Assembly (NCBI GenBank): GCA_964505425.1
Contig: CAZDHX010000003.1
Coordinates: 28,004 to 92,003, forward strand
From: an uncultured Dehalococcoidales bacterium
GTDB lineage: Bacteria; Chloroflexota; Dehalococcoidia; Dehalococcoidales; BS750m-G39
Reading direction: 5' to 3'
Length of the DNA: 64,000 nucleotides
The notes beneath the pieces are model-generated. The model saw only the letters and a list, made by a program, of their open reading frames with translations, did not search any database and was not told the DNA's origin. A program made the translations under genes and the position numbers. This document shows, piece after piece, positions 60,521 to 64,000 of the stretch; positions within the stretch are counted from its first letter, which is position 1, and every line of letters begins with the position of its first letter.

Positions 60521-60799
60521 TGAAAAACCTCCTATTTAGCCTTAGTCGCTTACACCAATACTATATCTCCTGCGACCAATTCTCAAGCCAGATAACTTAC
60601 GAGAGCCACACAATAAGAAGTAAATCTAAAGGATGTCAAAGAGGGGCTTTGCCCCTCTTAAATTTTGCTTCCCCCTCTCCTTTGACACCTCGTAAGGAGA
60701 GGGGGATACAGGGGGTAAGGTAGATAAAAGTCCCACGGGACTATTCCACCCCAAGCCCCACCTTGAAAAAGTCTTATTTCCCACCCACCCCCGTGGGTT

Positions 60800-60828
60800 T
60801 TTACTGAAAATTTAAATTGTGATATACT
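60800..60828 (+). promoter_or_regulatory. Promoter of the GNAT gene (TTTACT-N17-TATACT with TG extension)
   Basis: TTTACT at 60800-60805 and TGATATACT ending at 60828. A GGGAGG Shine-Dalgarno precedes ATG 60882. Confidence 0.5.
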
Positions 60829-60881
60829 GCTACAATCAGGAGTTGCGGGGTGACTGAAGTAAATATCTAGGGAGGTTCAAA

Positions 60882-61325
60882 ATGGGCATCAAGAAAAGCG
60901 AGGTAACTATACGCCCCCTGGTGAACAGCGATATAAGCCCCATTTTGGGTTTCTGGTGGAGCTCCTTTATTGCCAACAAGGATATGGTTGCCTCTCAATT
61001 AGGAGGGCGCCGCGACCTGAGTCTCATTGCTTCCTTTGAGGGACATTTAGTCGGCTTTATCCTGGCTCGGATTGGCTATCTGGGCATACCAATTAAAGAG
61101 GTGTGCGTCATCCATGCCGTAGCTGTTGAACCCAAATATCAGGCTCAGGGTATTGGCAGTCTATTAATTAACACCTTAAAGAGCACCTGCGAGAGTAGAG
61201 GGGTCTCAACGATGCGTGCCTTCGTTGCCGAAGATGACCACAAATTAATGAATTACTTTGAGCGGCTGGGTTTCAAGCGTAGCAACATAATCAATATGGA
61301 ACTGCACTCCGGAGGCGGGGCTTAG
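60882..61325 (+). CDS. GNAT family N-acetyltransferase
   Basis: 147 aa. IHAVAVEPKYQAQGIGSLLI is the acetyl-CoA-binding motif A. Confidence 0.8.
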   Translation: MGIKKSEVTIRPLVNSDISPILGFWWSSFIANKDMVASQLGGRRDLSLIASFEGHLVGFILARIGYLGIPIKEVCVIHAVAVEPKYQAQGIGSLLINTLKSTCESRGVSTMRAFVAEDDHKLMNYFERLGFKRSNIINMELHSGGGA

Positions 61326-61347
61326 GGTCACCAAACAAGGCGACAGG

Positions 61348-62103
61348 CTAAAACACCAAGAGGTCAAGACCGCCCAGCATATTCATCACCGCCCCGCTCA
61401 CATATCTCGCCTTGTCCGACACCAGATAGGCGACGGCATCGGCAATCTCCTGCGGGTCAGCCAGGCGGCGGGCGAGTATCCTGCTTTCAAGCTTCCGGCG
61501 CGCTTCATCAAAAAGGGGGGCATCGGTGTTGGCTAGCCCCACCAGCACCACATTAGCCGTTATATTGAACTTGGCTCCCTCAAGGGCACAGGACTTAGCC
61601 AGACCAATCAACCCCGCCTTGGCGGCGCTGTAGCTTGTCTGCCCGTAGCCTCCCATGACACCAGCTACTGAGCCAATATTGACAATGCGACCCCAGTCAT
61701 TGGCACACATATCCGCCCAGACCTCCTTGATGCAGTAAAAGGCGGAGTTAAGGCAAACCTTCACCTCGTCATCCCAGTCCTTGACCTCAATCTTATCAAT
61801 GGGGACAAAACGCCCCATCCGGGCGGCATTGTTTATCAATATATTTACCGCTCCCAGCTCTGCCTTAACCTCAGCCAGCCCCCTCTTTACGTCGTCATAA
61901 TCGCCGACATTCATCTTGACGGCGATAGACCTCCGCCCCATCTTGCTTATCTCTGCCGCCACTGACGCTGCCCCCTCAACGTGAGCCTGGCCGCTGACGG
62001 CGACATCGGCACCCTCCCTCGCCAGGGTAAGGGCAATGGCTCGCCCTATACCCCGCGGCCTTGAAGCCCCACTGACAAAGGCTACCTTCCCTTCCAAAGA
62101 CAT
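61348..62103 (-). CDS. Short-chain dehydrogenase/reductase (FabG-like)
   Basis: 251 aa. VSGASRPRGIG, NNAA and the S...YSAAK catalytic tetrad region. Confidence 0.85.
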   Translation of the reverse strand: MSLEGKVAFVSGASRPRGIGRAIALTLAREGADVAVSGQAHVEGAASVAAEISKMGRRSIAVKMNVGDYDDVKRGLAEVKAELGAVNILINNAARMGRFVPIDKIEVKDWDDEVKVCLNSAFYCIKEVWADMCANDWGRIVNIGSVAGVMGGYGQTSYSAAKAGLIGLAKSCALEGAKFNITANVVLVGLANTDAPLFDEARRKLESRILARRLADPQEIADAVAYLVSDKARYVSGAVMNMLGGLDLLVF

Positions 62104-62123
62104 TCTTTGCCTCCTCGCTAGAT

Positions 62124-62152
62124 TTGACCCCTCCCAATCGATTATCTATACT
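62124..62152 (+). promoter_or_regulatory. tRNA-Ser promoter (TTGACC-N17-TATACT), 8 nt upstream of the mature 5' end
   Basis: TTGACC at 62124-62129 and TATACT at 62147-62152. The tRNA starts at 62161. Confidence 0.6.
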
Positions 62153-62160
62153 AAACCTGC

Positions 62161-62252
62161 GGAGGGGTGTCCGAGTGGCTTATGGTGACGGTCTTGAAAA
62201 CCGTTGCTCCGAGATATCGGAGCCGTGGGTTCGAATCCCACCCCCTCCGCCA
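62161..62252 (+). tRNA. tRNA-Ser (anticodon UGA), long variable arm, CCA encoded
   Basis: Manual fold: GGAGGGG...ACGGT-CTTGAAA-ACCGT, variable arm TGCTCCGAGATATCGGAGCC, GTGGG-TTCGAAT-CCCAC, CCCCTCC-G-CCA. Confidence 0.92.
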
Positions 62253-62258
62253 GCCTAT

Positions 62259-63854
62259 CTAGTGAGGCTCAACCGAGACCTCGTTCAGCCTGACAAAACC
62301 CAGGGGATTCAGGTTATACCCCTCAATGTAGGGCTTAACCAGAACATAACTTTGCCCGAAATATATCGGCAGGCAAACAGCATCCTCAACCAGTTTTTGC
62401 TCGGCTTGCTGATACAAGGCTAAGCTCAGTTCGCTATCCTGCTCCACCCCGGCCTCCTCCAGCAGGGCATCCACCTCAGGGCTACTGTACTCGCCGTAGT
62501 TATAGTCAGCCCCGCTGTGAAACAATACATCCAGAAAATCCTGCGGGTGGGGGTAATCGGCTATCCAGCCCATGTAGAACATATTATCCTTCTCCTCCTT
62601 GAGGTAAGGATATCTCTCCGGCTCCAACTGCCTCACCTCCACCTCCACCCCCAGATTCTCTCGCCACTGGCGGACAATAGCCTCCAGCTCCGGGGAGATT
62701 AGTCCTCCCCAGCCCATGGTGGTAACGGTAATCGGGGGTAAATTAGATACATCGCCATACTTAGAATTGGCAATTAATTCCTTTGCCCTATCTATATCAA
62801 AGCTCAAACCCGATAGCCCCTCATTATAGCCGGGCATCCCCGGGGGCAGGATGCCATCTGCCCGCCGCACCATATCCTTGAATACCAGAGAGACAATTTT
62901 ATCCTTATCAATCGCCAGAGAGAAGGCGCGGCGGATATTGGCGTCATCAAACGGTGGCTCGGCGGTGTTAAAGCCGATATAGAAAAAACTCAGCTCGGGC
63001 ACAACGCTTAAATCCGAATAAAAGGGACCAGCCTCGTCAGTAACCTTCTCAATATAGCTAAGATCGACGTCGGTAACATCAATCTCACCCGTCTCATACA
63101 TATTTATCGGCCTGCCGCCCCAGAGGTGAAAGACGACCTGATTTAGCTTGGCTAGCTCTCCGTAATAAAGCTCGTTCCTCTCCAGAACAAGCAGCTCGCT
63201 CTCCTGCCACTGCTTGAGCCGAAAGGGACCAGTGCCATTAGGAGTGAGCCACCACTCCTCCCCCGCCTCCACATTTGCCCGGTCAACAACAAAGGCGGTG
63301 GGATAGGTCAGCTTGGACAAAAAGTAAGACTTGGGCGCATCTATAGTTACCTCAAGGGTGTAATCGTCAATGACCTTAACCCCATCGAGCTCCCCGGTTA
63401 CGCCGGATAACACCTCCCCCGCCCCGACGATATCGCCGAGGTAGGTAGCCGCCGTCAGAGAGCCAGTCTGTGGGTCACAGGCGCGCTCCCAGGAATACTT
63501 AAAGTCCTCAGCCTTGACCGCACTGCCGTCGTGAAATTTAACATCCTGCCTGAGGTAAAAGGTATAAGTCATGCCGTCATCGCTTATCTGCCACGACTTA
63601 GCAATATCCGGCACCGGCTCCAGCTCATCACCAAGGCGGACCAGCCCGCTAAATATTTGCATGATGTATTCACTGGAGGTCATCTCACTGGAGACTGCCG
63701 GGTCAAGGGTCAGCGGGTCAATGCCGTAGAGGTTAAGGACGCCTTCGCCGCTGGGGATGGGGGATTCCTTCTGGCACTGGTAGGCGACAACAATCAGGCT
63801 GCACACCAGGATTGCCGCCACGAGGGCATATATAATTATTCTATTTCTTTTCAA
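62259..63854 (-). CDS. ABC transporter substrate-binding protein, family 5 (peptide/nickel, OppA/DppA-type)
   Basis: 531 aa. N-terminal membrane anchor/signal, then the typical SBP_bac_5 layout (DPA..., KFHDGS, GTGPF..., P.L...). The TTG start overlaps the radC stop (TTGA). Confidence 0.85.
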   Translation of the reverse strand: MKRNRIIIYALVAAILVCSLIVVAYQCQKESPIPSGEGVLNLYGIDPLTLDPAVSSEMTSSEYIMQIFSGLVRLGDELEPVPDIAKSWQISDDGMTYTFYLRQDVKFHDGSAVKAEDFKYSWERACDPQTGSLTAATYLGDIVGAGEVLSGVTGELDGVKVIDDYTLEVTIDAPKSYFLSKLTYPTAFVVDRANVEAGEEWWLTPNGTGPFRLKQWQESELLVLERNELYYGELAKLNQVVFHLWGGRPINMYETGEIDVTDVDLSYIEKVTDEAGPFYSDLSVVPELSFFYIGFNTAEPPFDDANIRRAFSLAIDKDKIVSLVFKDMVRRADGILPPGMPGYNEGLSGLSFDIDRAKELIANSKYGDVSNLPPITVTTMGWGGLISPELEAIVRQWRENLGVEVEVRQLEPERYPYLKEEKDNMFYMGWIADYPHPQDFLDVLFHSGADYNYGEYSSPEVDALLEEAGVEQDSELSLALYQQAEQKLVEDAVCLPIYFGQSYVLVKPYIEGYNLNPLGFVRLNEVSVEPH

Positions 63855-64000
63855 AATAACTCCTCCCGCTTCAGGCTGAGGTATTTTTTATCGCCGATAA
63901 TGATATGGTCCAAGACGTCTATGCCCACAATCTCCCCCGCCTTAGCTAATCTTTTGGTCAAATTTATGTCATCCTCCGAGGCTTCAGGGTCGCCGGAGGG
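63851..64000 (-). CDS. radC: RadC-like JAB-domain protein, C-terminal 49 aa only (5' part beyond the window)
   Basis: My translation is [55 protein letters not shown]...D...T..L......GI..LDHIIIG is the RadC signature. Confidence 0.8.
   Translation of the reverse strand, partial: PSGDPEASEDDINLTKRLAKAGEIVGIDVLDHIIIGDKKYLSLKREELF

Noticed and set aside
60520-60723. A 67-aa plus-strand ORF in the hairpin-rich intergenic region.
   Set aside because: It has no Shine-Dalgarno, its translation runs straight through GC-rich stem-loops, and it has no motifs. It was treated as non-coding structured DNA/RNA.

Overview
The window is bacterial chromosome: ligA, dnaX-ybaB-recR, recO, pth and the aaRS genes are all bacterial-type. 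It is mid-50s % GC by eye and almost entirely coding. Lineage cannot be assigned from sequence alone, though several genes look archaeal.

Left 35 kb, nearly all on the minus strand:
- a partial kamA-like radical-SAM gene;
- three GH130 modules in two genes;
- a decayed island scar (a tRNA-Lys 3' half plus a truncated type III Res gene);
- fur-feoA-feoB;
- a trehalose module, otsA-otsB-mscS-treT;
- a roughly 20 kb, 19-gene tetrapyrrole/cobalamin super-operon: cbiX/C, cbiMNQO, cbiD, cbiET, a HemN-like rSAM, cbiL, cbiF, cbiGH, cbiA, cbiP, sirC, hemA, hemC, cobA/hemD, hemB, hemL;
- upstream of that, a NiCo (czcD-type) riboswitch, a CDF exporter and a wHTH regulator.

Right 29 kb:
- a Mo/W-linked module (mocA-like, ModE-N-like and a hybrid ABC importer, with two ModE-type operators);
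- tRNA-Thr, ribF, tyrS, DUF1015, ligA, pth;
- an eno...gap operon interrupted by a TcmP-like/2-hydroxyacyl-CoA-dehydratase-like pair;
- a stand-alone CetZ-like tubulin gene;
- dnaX-ybaB-recR, a lower-GC islet containing a HEPN-like gene, recO, lysS, serS, tRNA-Ser, an OppA-type binding protein and a partial radC.

The most interesting candidates are:
- the archaeal-type CetZ homologue in a bacterial context;
- the ModE-controlled hybrid ABC importer, a possible new molybdate/tungstate uptake type;
- the cobalt circuit (riboswitch-driven regulator directly upstream of a cbi operon with no B12 riboswitch);
- the cbiJ-less cbi operon with an embedded HemN-like radical-SAM gene;
- the TcmP/HGD-D pair translationally coupled to glycolysis genes.

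No CRISPR array, rRNA gene or intact mobile element was seen.
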